Assembly: GCA_965215885.1 (NCBI GenBank) | Contig: CBDCEW010000105.1 | Location: 160,001 to 224,000 of the forward strand | Direction of reading: 5' to 3' | Origin: Candidatus Moanibacter sp. | Lineage (GTDB): Bacteria; Verrucomicrobiota; Verrucomicrobiia; Opitutales; UBA2987 | Length of the DNA: 64,000 nt | Shown: in pieces, positions 30,897-41,270 of the stretch | Numbering within the stretch: the first letter of the stretch is position 1 | Layout of the letters: each line of letters starts with the position of its first letter | Position numbers and translations under genes: made by a program | The notes under the pieces: generated by a model | What the model was told of the DNA's origin: nothing | The model's input: the letters and a program-made list of their open reading frames with translations, nothing else | The model's database searches: none

Positions 30897-32215
30897 CACT
30901 ACTGTCCGGTTGTTTTTCTAGGAACGCAGGTTAATCGATTGATAACCAACATTTTACATATGATTTCTGCTGTTTTCGACTTGAAATTGCAAAAAGCCTT
31001 GTGGACTCTCAAAAATTTCGAGGGTCCAAATCATGTATACAGGTCGATTCGTTTTTTCTCAAATCATAGATTATCTTCCGCGCCATCAGTTCCATCGTTG
31101 CGTCCAACGCTACGGAGGCGACTACAAAGTTCAAAAGTTCAGTTGCTTCGAACAATTTCTCTGCATGGGTTTTGCCGAGTTGACCTACCGGGAGAGTCTG
31201 CGCGACATCGAAACCTGCCTGCGGGCAGTACAACCAAAACTATACCACGCAGGGATTCGAAGCGGAGTATCCAAAAGCACGCTCGCCGATGCCAACGAGA
31301 AACGAGACTGGCGCAGCTACGCCGACTTTGCACAGGTCCTCATCGCAATGGCTCGTCCTTTGTATTCAAACGAGGATCTGGGCATCGACCTGGACAATAC
31401 GCTCTACGCTCTGGACTCCACCACGATCGATCTATGTCTATCACTCTTCCCGTGGGCACGTTTCCGCAAGCACAAGGGGGCGGTGAAGGTCCATACGCTT
31501 CTCGATCTCAGAGGCTCTATCCCTTATTTTATCGAGATTACCGATGGAAAAGTTCACGACGTAAACATTCTGGATCTCATCATCCCCGAGGCCGGTGCTT
31601 ACTATGTAATGGACCGAGCCTATCTGCATTACGAGCGCCTCTATCGGATCGCACAATGCGGTTCTTTCTTCGTCACACGCGCCCGCCGCGGCTTTCAGTT
31701 TCGCCGCCTCTACTCTCAAAAGGTCGACAAATCAACCGGTCTGCGTTCGGACCAGACCGTTGCCCTGGTCAGCTTCTATCCTGCCAAGGCCTACCCCGAA
31801 AGACTCCGGCGTATCACTTACCTCGACCCCGACAGTTCCGAGCGCTTCGTGTTTCTCACCAACCAGTTTGCCCTCCCAGCCATAATCATCACCCAGATTT
31901 ACCGTTTACGCTGGCAGATCGAATTGTTCTTCAAATGGATCAAACAGCACTTGCGCATCAAGAGCTTTTTCGGCACCTCCGAGAATGCTGTGAAGACTCA
32001 AATCTGGATTGCCGTCAGCGTCTATGTGCTCATCGCCATCATCCGCAAACGCCTTCGCCTGGAGATCAGTTTGCACAAAATCCTACAGATTCTCAGCTTC
32101 ACCCTATTTGAGAAAACTCCTATGACTGAACTACTTACAGAAACCGATTACACTTTCAATGAACACCGCATTCCTAAACAGTTGGAGTTGTTTGACTTAT
32201 AACCGGACAGTACTG
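30897..32215 (+). mobile_element. IS4-family insertion sequence, apparently intact
   Basis: IR CACTACTGTCCGGTT/AACCGGACAGTACTG (14 of 15 match); perfect 9-bp target duplication GAATCTTTA (30888-30896, 32216-32224). Confidence 0.93.
31033..32202 (+). CDS. IS4-family DDE transposase (DUF4372-type N-terminus)
   Basis: LDSTTI, MDRAY and YRLRWQIELFFKWIKQ (YREK) motifs. Confidence 0.93.
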   Translation: MYTGRFVFSQIIDYLPRHQFHRCVQRYGGDYKVQKFSCFEQFLCMGFAELTYRESLRDIETCLRAVQPKLYHAGIRSGVSKSTLADANEKRDWRSYADFAQVLIAMARPLYSNEDLGIDLDNTLYALDSTTIDLCLSLFPWARFRKHKGAVKVHTLLDLRGSIPYFIEITDGKVHDVNILDLIIPEAGAYYVMDRAYLHYERLYRIAQCGSFFVTRARRGFQFRRLYSQKVDKSTGLRSDQTVALVSFYPAKAYPERLRRITYLDPDSSERFVFLTNQFALPAIIITQIYRLRWQIELFFKWIKQHLRIKSFFGTSENAVKTQIWIAVSVYVLIAIIRKRLRLEISLHKILQILSFTLFEKTPMTELLTETDYTFNEHRIPKQLELFDL

Positions 32216-32328
32216 GAATCTTTACTGTTTTAAGGCTCCCCCGGCCTCGCGCTGGGTGGCACCTGATTTTCCATGCTCACATTTTTTTCTCGCTTTGTAA
32301 CACCACTGAGATTCAATTGCCTCTTAGA

Positions 32329-34044
32329 ATGGCACCTAACAAGGAGACCTGGAATTCGCGCCTCGGAGTCATTCTGGCGGTATCGGGCAGCGCGGTAGGT
32401 CTGGGAAACTTTCTACGCTTTCCCGGCCAGGCTGCTCAATATGGTGGCGGCGCCTTTATGCTCGTCTACTTTTTTGCCCTCCTCCTCATCGGTCTACCGA
32501 TCTGCTGGGCCGAATGGGTCATGGGCCGCCAAGCCGGCCAACACGGTTACAATTCATGTCCCGGCATCCTAAACTTCCTCACCCGCTCTCCTCTTTTCAA
32601 ATATCTCGGCGTAATCGGCGTTGTTATCCCTGTCGTCATTTACATGTATTACGTTTATATCGAAGCCTGGTGTCTCGGATACGCCGTCAATTTCCTCGCC
32701 GGAGAAATGAGATTTGAGTCCGCCAATGATGCCGGCGAATTTTGGGAGACTTTCATCGGCATCACCCAGGACGGAGAAGCCATCGGATTCGGCTACAAGC
32801 AGGTCGGGATCTACCTCTTGCTTGTTTTCCTCCTGAATTTCTTCCTCATTTATCGCGGGCTGGCACGCGGCATCGAGCTATTCTGCAAATACGCCATGCC
32901 CACTCTCGTCCTGCTCGCGGTTATCGTTCTCGTTCGCGTCTTGACCTTGGGAGCCCCTCAAGAGGATAAGCCCGAAAACAACGTAACAAACGGCCTCGGT
33001 TTCATGTGGAATCCGAATAAGATCATCCTTCAAGAGAGGATCGTCGACGAATCCGGCACGGAGAAATGGATCGATGTGAGTGAGCTCCTTGGAGAGAATT
33101 CGATCGCCGCCGCGGAGTCCGATGTCTCCGCAGATCCAAATCGCCGCCTCGAACCTAAAACAGTATTGCAGCAACTTAGAAATCCGGAACTCTGGTTGGC
33201 CGCTGTCGGTCAGATATTCTTTTCCCTATCGGTCGGCTTCGGGATTATCCTCACATACTCGAGTTACCTTTCTGGAAAGGATGACGTCGTCTTAAGCGGC
33301 CTGACTGCTACGAGCACAAACGAGTTTTGTGAAGTGGCCCTTGGAGGCCTCATAACAATACCGGCCGGCTTTGCCTTCCTCGGGGTCGCCGGAGTGGCCG
33401 GAATGGGTACATTCGAGCTCGGCTTCAACGTCCTGCCAATGGTGTTTTCAGAGATGCCGGTTGGGCGGTTTTTTGGATTCCTTTTCTTTTTTCTTCTTTT
33501 CCTGGCGGCTGTTACCAGTTCCCTCTCCATGCTCCAACCAGGCATCGCATTTATCGAAGAATCTCTGGGTATCAACCGTCGACAATCGGTCGCGATTCTC
33601 GGAATTATCACCGCGTTTGGTTGCTGGTTCGTCGTCTATTTCAGTAAAGACGCCAAGGCGCTGGACACCCTGGATTTCTGGGTCGGCACTTTTCTCATCT
33701 TTGTTCTTGCCACAGTTCAAATCATAATCTTCGGCTGGATTGTAGGGATCGATCGTGGCTTTGAGGAGGCCCACAAAGGCGCCGCCATACGCATCCCGGC
33801 CTTTTACGGAATAGTCATGAAGTACGTCTGCCCGATTTTTCTGCTTACCATTTTTGTTCTCTGGATCCTCGTAAACGTTTTCGGATACAGCTTCGAAACC
33901 GGCTCCGCGCAAGTGAGCGGATACGTGAAAGACCTATACGGCAAGGATTCTAACCTCGTAGCTCAAATGAGCGTGGCCCTTATCTTGCTCGTCGGTGTTT
34001 TTTCCGCATTTATCGTATCGAAATACAAAGAGTTAGAAGACTAG
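32329..34044 (+). CDS. NSS/SNF-family sodium-dependent transporter
   Basis: [29 protein letters not shown] and AAVTSSLSM motifs. Confidence 0.92.
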   Translation: MAPNKETWNSRLGVILAVSGSAVGLGNFLRFPGQAAQYGGGAFMLVYFFALLLIGLPICWAEWVMGRQAGQHGYNSCPGILNFLTRSPLFKYLGVIGVVIPVVIYMYYVYIEAWCLGYAVNFLAGEMRFESANDAGEFWETFIGITQDGEAIGFGYKQVGIYLLLVFLLNFFLIYRGLARGIELFCKYAMPTLVLLAVIVLVRVLTLGAPQEDKPENNVTNGLGFMWNPNKIILQERIVDESGTEKWIDVSELLGENSIAAAESDVSADPNRRLEPKTVLQQLRNPELWLAAVGQIFFSLSVGFGIILTYSSYLSGKDDVVLSGLTATSTNEFCEVALGGLITIPAGFAFLGVAGVAGMGTFELGFNVLPMVFSEMPVGRFFGFLFFFLLFLAAVTSSLSMLQPGIAFIEESLGINRRQSVAILGIITAFGCWFVVYFSKDAKALDTLDFWVGTFLIFVLATVQIIIFGWIVGIDRGFEEAHKGAAIRIPAFYGIVMKYVCPIFLLTIFVLWILVNVFGYSFETGSAQVSGYVKDLYGKDSNLVAQMSVALILLVGVFSAFIVSKYKELED

Positions 34045-34121
34045 ATGCACCAATTCTTAAATACGATGAAGAATGACGATGCGATATTAAGAATCGCAGA
34101 AATGAGAGTGAGCATGGCACT

Positions 34122-34298
34122 ATGACTTCAGGCGGCTGGGCAATCATGCTGGTTTCAGTAGGCGCCGTTACCATACTGTTTTCATGGTGCCTCTTTAAAG
34201 TTCTTCGCACTCCCGGCGAGTCTGAGCACATCCATGGATTTGAGTTCGAAACGCCTGACGAAAAAGCCGAAAGTGAATCCACCGACGTAGAACCCTGA
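34122..34298 (+). CDS. Small single-pass membrane protein, putative NSS accessory subunit (58 aa, absent from ORF track)
   Basis: MTSGGWAIMLVSVGAVTILFSWCLFKVLRTPGE...; directly downstream of the NSS gene. Confidence 0.7.
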   Translation: MTSGGWAIMLVSVGAVTILFSWCLFKVLRTPGESEHIHGFEFETPDEKAESESTDVEP

Positions 34299-34525
34299 AA
34301 CAGCCGTTGACCACCCTTCGACTTCGCAAAGTCCTGATCCGACCCACAGGCATCTCGACAACGCTTACGACAAGGTAGTTCTCGTAGCCGCGTCGGCAAC
34401 GACGCGGTCTTTCACTCTGCCACTCTGCAAATTTCACTTACCGCATCTCACTGGTTACCGGCCATCCTGATCAGTCAGAGCTGGAGTTTGCTGTCCATCC
34501 GCTCTCTTCACCGAAAGCGGCGCAG

Positions 34526-35008
34526 CTACGCAGGCACTATCTTTGCACAGGCGCCCCGATAATGGACCCGGACTACCTCGTCGTCAGGGTCGTCACGAGA
34601 GCTGCCTACGAGCGCCGTCACTTCGCCGTAGCCATCATCCTGACTTTCGTCACTCCAAGAATACGATGTATTTCCGTCAGCAAAATTACCATGGCGAGAC
34701 AGTTCATTGGCTGATTCTCCAAAGGAGAACGAGGTCCTCGTGCCCGCCCGCGCCGCATACTCCCACTGCGCCTCCGTCGGCAGACTGTAGACATACCCCT
34801 CCGGCAGCCGCCCCGCCACTCGCTCCTGCTCTGTCAGTTTCTCTGCAAAGTCCATACCATCCTCCCAAGATATATTCTCTACAGGCGCCAGCACCACCAA
34901 AATCACGATAGATCCCGCGGCCCATTCCGCCATAATCGAAAGTCTCGTTTTCTCGGAAATGAACACTCCCCGTAGCAAGCTACGGAGAATTACCAAGTTA
35001 AAGGACAT
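34526..35008 (-). pseudogene. Fragment of a formylglycine-generating enzyme (SUMF1/FGE) domain gene
   Basis: PVENISWED and SLPTEAQWEYAARAG present; NxxGLYDMxGNVxEW C-terminal half missing. Confidence 0.7.
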
Positions 35009-35166
35009 GAATAGGAAGTGAAAGTGAGGGTGAGCCGTCTTCGCGACGGCGGGCCAAGAAGTCGAAGTGGATCACCCGCCAAGGTTCTGCTCGGCGGGTG
35101 GACGGCGAATCTCCCAGCATTCCAGATAAGCAGTCAACAAATTGTTCAGTTCGCAGCCGCCAAGGC

Positions 35167-36549
35167 CTAGTCGATTAAGGTCACGATTCGGCCTTCCACG
35201 AAATCAGCTGAGATTCGTTCCAGCCTCACTTTCGCCCGCCGATTCGTAAGATCCTTCTCTGAACCGCAGACAACGCGAATGTAGTTGCCCGTATATCCGG
35301 GCCAGGATCCCTCACGCCGATCCTCAAAGAGTACTTCCAGATCGCGACCAAGAAATCTCTCGTTGTACTCGTAGCGACGCCCGGCGCTAAGTTTTCGCAG
35401 ATAGGCGCTGCGGCGGTTTCGTTCGGGCACCGGGACTTGATCCGTGCTTCTCGACGCAGGAGTACCTTCTCGCTCCGAATAGGGAAAGACATGACAGTAG
35501 GCGAACGGATTTTTCAGGAACATCCGGCAGGTTTCTTCAAAGTCCGCTTCGCTCTCCCCGGGAAACCCGACGAGAATATCCGTGCCGATGCATAGATCCG
35601 AAACACGCCTGCTCGCATCGTTGATGAATTCTGTGTATTCCTCCACACCATAACGGCGGCGCATTCGCTTCAGGGTTGCGTCCGAACCGCTCTGCAAGGG
35701 TATATGGAGATAGGGCAACAAGGCGTGTTCGGAGTCCCCCATGCGTGCGATCAGTTCCATGGGAACCGTTGTAGGCTCGATACTGCTCAGCCGTATTCGG
35801 TCGATCCCCAAAGTGGCATTGAGGGCGTCTACCACTGACACAATATCCCGATTCCCGTCTTGATAGGTGCCGATATTCACTCCTGTGAGTACGATTTCCC
35901 GGACTTCTCGGGCAGCCAGATTCTCCGCCTCCTCAATGGTATTATGAAATTCTCTGCTTCGGGCGCGGCCTCGGGCAAACGGAATTATGCAAAATGAGCA
36001 CATGAAGTCGCACCCGTCCTGAATCTTCAGGTTTGCACGTTTTGGATATGGTAGCTCTCCCGCGATCTGAATGGTAAAGTTCTCTCGGTCGATCCGATCC
36101 CGCAAGATTACCGGCCGCGCACTCTTGCCTTGCTCAACGTAATCGAGAACGCTGAGTTTCTCGGCATTGCCTACGATCAGATCTACTCCCGGAATCTCCG
36201 AAATCGACTTCGTCCCCATCTGCGAGTAACACCCGATGACAGCTGTATAGGCCTCAGGATTCTTCCGAATGAATCGCCTTATCACTTGTCGGCATTTTGC
36301 GTCCGCCTCCCGCGTTACCGTGCACGTGTTAATGATGCCCAGATCCGCCTTTTCCCCAAAGGGAACAATCGAGTACCCGGATTGACACAGCCTCTCACTG
36401 ATAGTCTGAGTCTCTGACTGGTTCAATCGGCACCCGACGGTGTAAAGAGACGCCCTCTTCTGAACTGAGAATTTCACAATAACTCCTCTGCCGTTTACAC
36501 TTGGATCGAGTTCAGGTTTAGTATTGCACCCGCTATTCAAGTGAAACAA
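35167..36549 (-). CDS. mtaB: tRNA t6A37 methylthiotransferase MtaB
   Basis: GCRLNQSE, INTCTVT, KIQDGCDFMCSFC, HVFPYSER and C-terminal GYTGNY; true start probably slightly downstream. Confidence 0.9.
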   Translation of the reverse strand: MFHLNSGCNTKPELDPSVNGRGVIVKFSVQKRASLYTVGCRLNQSETQTISERLCQSGYSIVPFGEKADLGIINTCTVTREADAKCRQVIRRFIRKNPEAYTAVIGCYSQMGTKSISEIPGVDLIVGNAEKLSVLDYVEQGKSARPVILRDRIDRENFTIQIAGELPYPKRANLKIQDGCDFMCSFCIIPFARGRARSREFHNTIEEAENLAAREVREIVLTGVNIGTYQDGNRDIVSVVDALNATLGIDRIRLSSIEPTTVPMELIARMGDSEHALLPYLHIPLQSGSDATLKRMRRRYGVEEYTEFINDASRRVSDLCIGTDILVGFPGESEADFEETCRMFLKNPFAYCHVFPYSEREGTPASRSTDQVPVPERNRRSAYLRKLSAGRRYEYNERFLGRDLEVLFEDRREGSWPGYTGNYIRVVCGSEKDLTNRRAKVRLERISADFVEGRIVTLID

Positions 36550-36599
36550 GATAAATGCATCTTACCTCATTTCACAGGAGTGACGATAGCAACGTAGAC

Positions 36600-37238
36600 A
36601 TGGCAATCATTGCATACCTCTTAATGGCAATTGGCGTGCTTCTTTCCGTCGTTTACGGGATAATTCTGCTTATTAAAGCGTTTCAAGCCTCAGCTATGTG
36701 GGGCTTAGCATATATATTCATTCCATTTGCTGCGTTAGTCTTTATTGTGACTCACTGGGATGAAGCGGGGAAACCTTTCCTGATGTCGTTGCTCAGTATT
36801 CCATTCTTAATTGCCGGTGCCCTTCTGCTGCCGGGCCTGCCATCAGACGCCGCACCGTCTCCTCCTGCCATGGCTCAACCAGCTTCACAAGAGGTGGCGA
36901 AACCGACAATCCAGGAAACCGATCAGCCACCTCCCGAACCTGTCGCGACGGCGGTAGAAACATTCGCAGAAAGTGAGGCAACGGCCGTAACCCCCTCTGT
37001 CCAATTCAGTCAGGGTGGGGATTCTGATCTCAACGCTGCCATAGCAGCCTACCTCGACTCGCTCTACGTCGGGGCCGTCAAAAGCGCAGGTAGAAACAGC
37101 AAGGTCGTCCTCAACAATAAAGTATATCGCCCGAATTCCATGGTAAGCAGCGAATTCAATCTGAGAGTCTTGGAGATCCATCCCCAAGAGATCATATTTA
37201 TCGACGACGCCGGTACCCAATATATCAAATACTTTTAA
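36600..37238 (+). CDS. Membrane protein with Pro-rich linker and GspB-like C-terminal beta domain
   Basis: Three N-terminal hydrophobic helices; VVLNNKVYRP...LRVLEIHPQEIIF. Confidence 0.55.
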   Translation: MAIIAYLLMAIGVLLSVVYGIILLIKAFQASAMWGLAYIFIPFAALVFIVTHWDEAGKPFLMSLLSIPFLIAGALLLPGLPSDAAPSPPAMAQPASQEVAKPTIQETDQPPPEPVATAVETFAESEATAVTPSVQFSQGGDSDLNAAIAAYLDSLYVGAVKSAGRNSKVVLNNKVYRPNSMVSSEFNLRVLEIHPQEIIFIDDAGTQYIKYF

Positions 37239-37273
37239 CCCGGAAATTTCACGAACGTGAAATTTCCGGGTTA
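37236..37273. repeat. Perfect 18-bp inverted repeat resembling family A termini; probable bidirectional terminator
   Basis: TAACCCGGAAATTTCACG-AA-CGTGAAATTTCCGGGTTA; contains the stop codons of both convergent genes. Confidence 0.85.
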
Positions 37274-38527
37274 GGATTTTTGAAAGATGACGACGCGGTT
37301 TGTGTTGGTTCCCTTGCTGCGATTGTCGACGCCCCAGCAATGAGCGGTTTTGGTGAAGTCCTGATCGTTTATGAGGACACACACCGGATCCAAACCCACC
37401 TTCAGTCCTACTTTCCGGACCACTTCGTCGAGCTTGATAGTACCCTTGCGTATCTCGCCGACTTCAATGGCCAGGTAACCCTGTGGGATAAGTAGACGCT
37501 TTATTTCGACGAATGTGTCCTCTATAAATTCCACCCACCGCTCCAATTTGCGAGAAATCGTGAGATTGAGGGATTTTGTCTCTATACTGCAAAACCAACC
37601 GCGAAGCCAGTTATCTCCAGCATAATCAACCGTATCCAGAAAGGGCGGCGAAGTTACGACCAGTTGGAATGCCCCATCCTTCCACCGTCCCGGAATGTCG
37701 GCTCTTCCGACTACCAACTTCGACCGTCTCCCGCCTTCCCGGAGGCAAACAGCAGATTCAGGGTCGTTCCTGAAACCCCGAAAGAGAGACCGGCTTTTTC
37801 TCAGTATCAGCTCCGCAACCTCGCGACGAGGCGGCTTCTGTTTGCGTCTCAAATTGATACGCATCTGTGCCTTAATCGAAGTGGCCTGGTTTGGGGGCAG
37901 AGTATACACGGAAAAGAAACCCGGAGAATGTCCGGTCAATCGATTAATCGCCACCAGGCGAATAAAATCGTCCACTTCATCAAGACTTCCCTCAGATTCA
38001 CGCTGCAGAAGATATTCCCTCAATGCACAAATCTCTTGAAGTGTCTCTGGGTGATAAAACACAAGCAAGTACTCCGGAAGCAGCGCGAAACGCTCAAAAT
38101 CGATTTCGCGCAGCCTCGCCTCGATCGCCTCCAGGGTGGGAGGGAAAAATCGCGGCCGAGTGAGCATCACACTCAGCGGATTCAAATCGCAACCGTACGG
38201 AATTCGTCCCATCAGGGCAGCCTCAAGGAGAGCCGTTCCACGGCCCATAAACGGATCGTAGACGGCATCACCGGGCCGTGTCATCCGTTCGATAAAGAAA
38301 CGCGGAACTTGCGGTTTGAAACAGGCCCGAAAGGAGATTTCGTGAATACTATGGGCCGCCCGCTGCCGTGAGGTCCAGAATTCATTGACGTAGCATGGAA
38401 CGGAACGGCAATCGCTATCTCCCTCTGAAAGGGCAATGGGATAAACTTCGGTTTTACGCCCGAATTCAGAGAAGATCTCGAAATCCCTGAATAGATCTAT
38501 AGCGTGAAAAGCCCTTGCCGTAACCAT
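37271..38527 (-). CDS. Orphan amino-(N4/N6) DNA methyltransferase
   Basis: Motif I YDPFMGRGT precedes motif IV VTSPPF; no adjacent endonuclease gene. Confidence 0.82.
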   Translation of the reverse strand: MVTARAFHAIDLFRDFEIFSEFGRKTEVYPIALSEGDSDCRSVPCYVNEFWTSRQRAAHSIHEISFRACFKPQVPRFFIERMTRPGDAVYDPFMGRGTALLEAALMGRIPYGCDLNPLSVMLTRPRFFPPTLEAIEARLREIDFERFALLPEYLLVFYHPETLQEICALREYLLQRESEGSLDEVDDFIRLVAINRLTGHSPGFFSVYTLPPNQATSIKAQMRINLRRKQKPPRREVAELILRKSRSLFRGFRNDPESAVCLREGGRRSKLVVGRADIPGRWKDGAFQLVVTSPPFLDTVDYAGDNWLRGWFCSIETKSLNLTISRKLERWVEFIEDTFVEIKRLLIPQGYLAIEVGEIRKGTIKLDEVVRKVGLKVGLDPVCVLINDQDFTKTAHCWGVDNRSKGTNTNRVVIFQKS

Positions 38528-38583
38528 TCAACAGCACCATGGCGGCGGCTTTCGAAGAATGCAACATCGAGAAGTGTCTTTCT

Positions 38584-39000
38584 TTAGCTCCCTGGTTTTT
38601 TCGCGATTACTTCCCGATAAGCATCGAGCGTGGACTGATAAGCGTCTTCAATCCGGCTGATTAATTCCGCCATTTCAGGCTGCATGCCCTCCTGCGCGAG
38701 GGACTCCAACCGGGAACAAGCTTTGGACAGTCTTTTCCCGCCCAGATTAGCGCTGCTTCCCGAAATGCAATGAGCGCTCCTGTGAATCTCCCTCGCATCT
38801 CCCCTCTCGTAGGCTTCCTTTATCAGCTCTATTCTCGGCCCATTCTCTGAAATGAAAAGACCAAGCAATTCCTGAAGCAACGAATCAGGAGAGTCCTCCG
38901 CCACCGTCGCCAGCAATTTTATTTGCTCGGCGTCCAGAATGGGCTCTTCCTCTGAAGTTGCCAAGCTGACAGTCGTATCCGTTATCACGCTATTCATCAT
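38584..39000 (-). CDS. Stand-alone Hpt phosphotransfer protein
   Basis: AHCISGSSANLG in a helical bundle pattern. Confidence 0.85.
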   Translation of the reverse strand: MMNSVITDTTVSLATSEEEPILDAEQIKLLATVAEDSPDSLLQELLGLFISENGPRIELIKEAYERGDAREIHRSAHCISGSSANLGGKRLSKACSRLESLAQEGMQPEMAELISRIEDAYQSTLDAYREVIAKKPGS

Positions 39001-39053
39001 TTATATAATACGAACGAAAGTGCGCAATATTTAGTTAAATTCCCGACAGATTC

Positions 39054-39422
39054 CTAGCTTTCGTCCAGGAGTTCATTCACACGAGCCATCAGCGCCGTGG
39101 GACTGAACGGCTTCGTAAAGACACTGACTGCGCCTGCTGCAAGCAATTCATCCTTTGTGCTCCCCTTACCCTGGCCGGTTACTACGATTAGTGGCACTCG
39201 CGCCAATTCGGAATCTGCCTTGAACTCCCTGATGAGCTCCTGACCCGACTTTCCCGGCAGCATAAGATCAATAATTCCTAGGTCAGGTTTACGAGCGCTG
39301 ATTCGACTAAACACGGAAGAACCATCGCGGCAGATGATCGTGTTGAATCCACTCTTCTTTAGCGTATACTCGAGAAGCCTTACCATCACCGCGTCGTCCT
39401 CCGCAATCAGGACATTCTTCAT
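39054..39422 (-). CDS. Single-domain response regulator
   Basis: AEDD, IDLMLP, VTG and TKPF motifs; ATGA overlap with the upstream gene. Confidence 0.92.
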   Translation of the reverse strand: MKNVLIAEDDAVMVRLLEYTLKKSGFNTIICRDGSSVFSRISARKPDLGIIDLMLPGKSGQELIREFKADSELARVPLIVVTGQGKGSTKDELLAAGAVSVFTKPFSPTALMARVNELLDES

Positions 39423-41116
39423 AATTTGGCCTCCCAATATAACATTGTCTGGTCATCTCCGGTGTCTTCACTCCCGATCGCTTCACGTATCTTGAGCTGC
39501 AGCGATTCCCAAAATCGCTCCGGATTGAGCGGAAGCTGACTTTCTACAAATTCCATGAAACTCCCCCATCCCCAAATCTGGCCCGAACGCTCCCATTCGT
39601 AGAGGCCGTCCGTCACCATAAGAAGACCGACTCTTTCTTTCAGAGGAAAGCGCTCAACCGTGTATTCGGTATTTTTGAAGAGACCGAGCGGAGGTCCCGA
39701 GGGATCGATCCGGTCGAGCAATTCTGATTTGTTAAGAATGAGCACAGGGCAATGCCCTGCGTTTACCACTTCTATGGTGCGAAAAGGGGGAGGTATTCGC
39801 GCTATCCCACAGGTTGCAAAAAGTGTCAGATCGCCCACTTCGTAACACAGTATGCGATTCAGAAAGTGAATTAAGTGCTTGAGGCTCAACCCGTTATTCA
39901 GGTTGATGTGCAACGCCGTTCGGAACATAGCTGCCAGCAAAGCCGCAGAAACCCCTTTACCCATGACATCGACCGTGACCAGAAAAAGACTTCCATCCTT
40001 CGCCAGACAGGCCTCCATATAGTCTCCCGCTACTTCCCTCGCGCTTTTTCGCTGCATCCAAATGCGATAGTGTTCTGTCTCGGGAATGCCAGCCGCGGGC
40101 AAGAGATTCTGCTGAATTTCGGACGCGATCTCCAGCTCACGCTGGACGCGCTCCTCACGCGTGTGAATTATCTCGTGGTTCGCATTGACCACAGCGATCC
40201 CGAACAGATCGGTAAAGGTGCGCACTGTATTGAGATCACCTGCTCTAAAATAGGAATCACTATTGAATCGGCCAATCGTGATGTAGCCAAATGTCTCGCC
40301 ACCCGCTTTAATCGGACAGCAGAAACCCGAGCTGCAGTGGCACAATCGGCTGTCCTCCGCAACCTCCTGCGCACTCTCCCAAATGAATTCTTCGCCCTTT
40401 GCGTACACTCTCTCCTCAACCTGAGAACCATCCTTGTGAGCCTGAAATATGTTGAGCTTCTTGAGTTCTCCGAGCAAGGAATCCTGCAGCGATCCGCTGA
40501 AGTGAAGCTTCACATATTCCGCCTTCACAACAGGCATCAAGTCGGAGACCGCCTGAGCAATAAAATGCGATACACTGTCCGACTGAATCAGAGTATCCCC
40601 CAATCGATAAAACGCGGCAAGACTCTCGTAACAGAGAGAGATCTCTTCCAATGCCTGTTCCAGTTCATTCAGTCTTCCAGGATGAAACCCAATCTCAGGA
40701 TGCCTCTTCGTGATATCCAATCGATATCCATCCGGTCCTCGCCACTGTTTCCAATCGTCACAGAAGTTATGGATTAGATACAGGCCGCGCCCTCCCGTTT
40801 CTAACGGATTTTCAGGTAGCTCGGGATGACCCAGGTTCTTCGGACCGGGCCCTTCTCCATCGTCGCAAATCGAAAGGGTTAGAGTATTCTCGCTCAAATT
40901 CCATTCGACTTTTATGCGCTTATCGGGATCACTGCCACTGCCGTGCACGATTGCGTTGGTTACCGCTTCAGTCAAAACCAATTGCCAGTGGGCTACATCT
41001 TCCGAAGACAGCCCTAAACCGTCGAGAAACTCGAAAGAATCATCTCGTACGCCCTCAAGAAGCCCCAGATCTGAAGCAAACTGATAGTTTCTTCCCGTTG
41101 TCGTGCTCTTCTGCAT
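39419..41116 (-). CDS. RsbW-type kinase / GAF / SpoIIE (PP2C) phosphatase fusion
   Basis: EAVTNAIVHG, DDGEG, GGRGLYLI; then VAGDY, DVMGKG, NAGH, TDGL and DDQT. Confidence 0.88.
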   Translation of the reverse strand: MQKSTTTGRNYQFASDLGLLEGVRDDSFEFLDGLGLSSEDVAHWQLVLTEAVTNAIVHGSGSDPDKRIKVEWNLSENTLTLSICDDGEGPGPKNLGHPELPENPLETGGRGLYLIHNFCDDWKQWRGPDGYRLDITKRHPEIGFHPGRLNELEQALEEISLCYESLAAFYRLGDTLIQSDSVSHFIAQAVSDLMPVVKAEYVKLHFSGSLQDSLLGELKKLNIFQAHKDGSQVEERVYAKGEEFIWESAQEVAEDSRLCHCSSGFCCPIKAGGETFGYITIGRFNSDSYFRAGDLNTVRTFTDLFGIAVVNANHEIIHTREERVQRELEIASEIQQNLLPAAGIPETEHYRIWMQRKSAREVAGDYMEACLAKDGSLFLVTVDVMGKGVSAALLAAMFRTALHINLNNGLSLKHLIHFLNRILCYEVGDLTLFATCGIARIPPPFRTIEVVNAGHCPVLILNKSELLDRIDPSGPPLGLFKNTEYTVERFPLKERVGLLMVTDGLYEWERSGQIWGWGSFMEFVESQLPLNPERFWESLQLKIREAIGSEDTGDDQTMLYWEAKL

Positions 41117-41270
41117 CTTAGGAACGAACCGAATTATAGATTCGCGTACCAATAATCCGATGTCATAATTCGAGACTTCCGGAACATCAGAGAAAATTCC
41201 GAAAGTGGGTTAATATCATGTTGAGAAATCCGAAATTGAATTCTAGGCTACAGTTTTTTCAGAATTCATC

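Noticed and set aside
30819..32111. 430-aa ORF overlapping the IS4 transposase in another frame
   Set aside because: Starts outside the IS, within repeat C; no motifs; the 31033 frame carries the DDE/YREK signature
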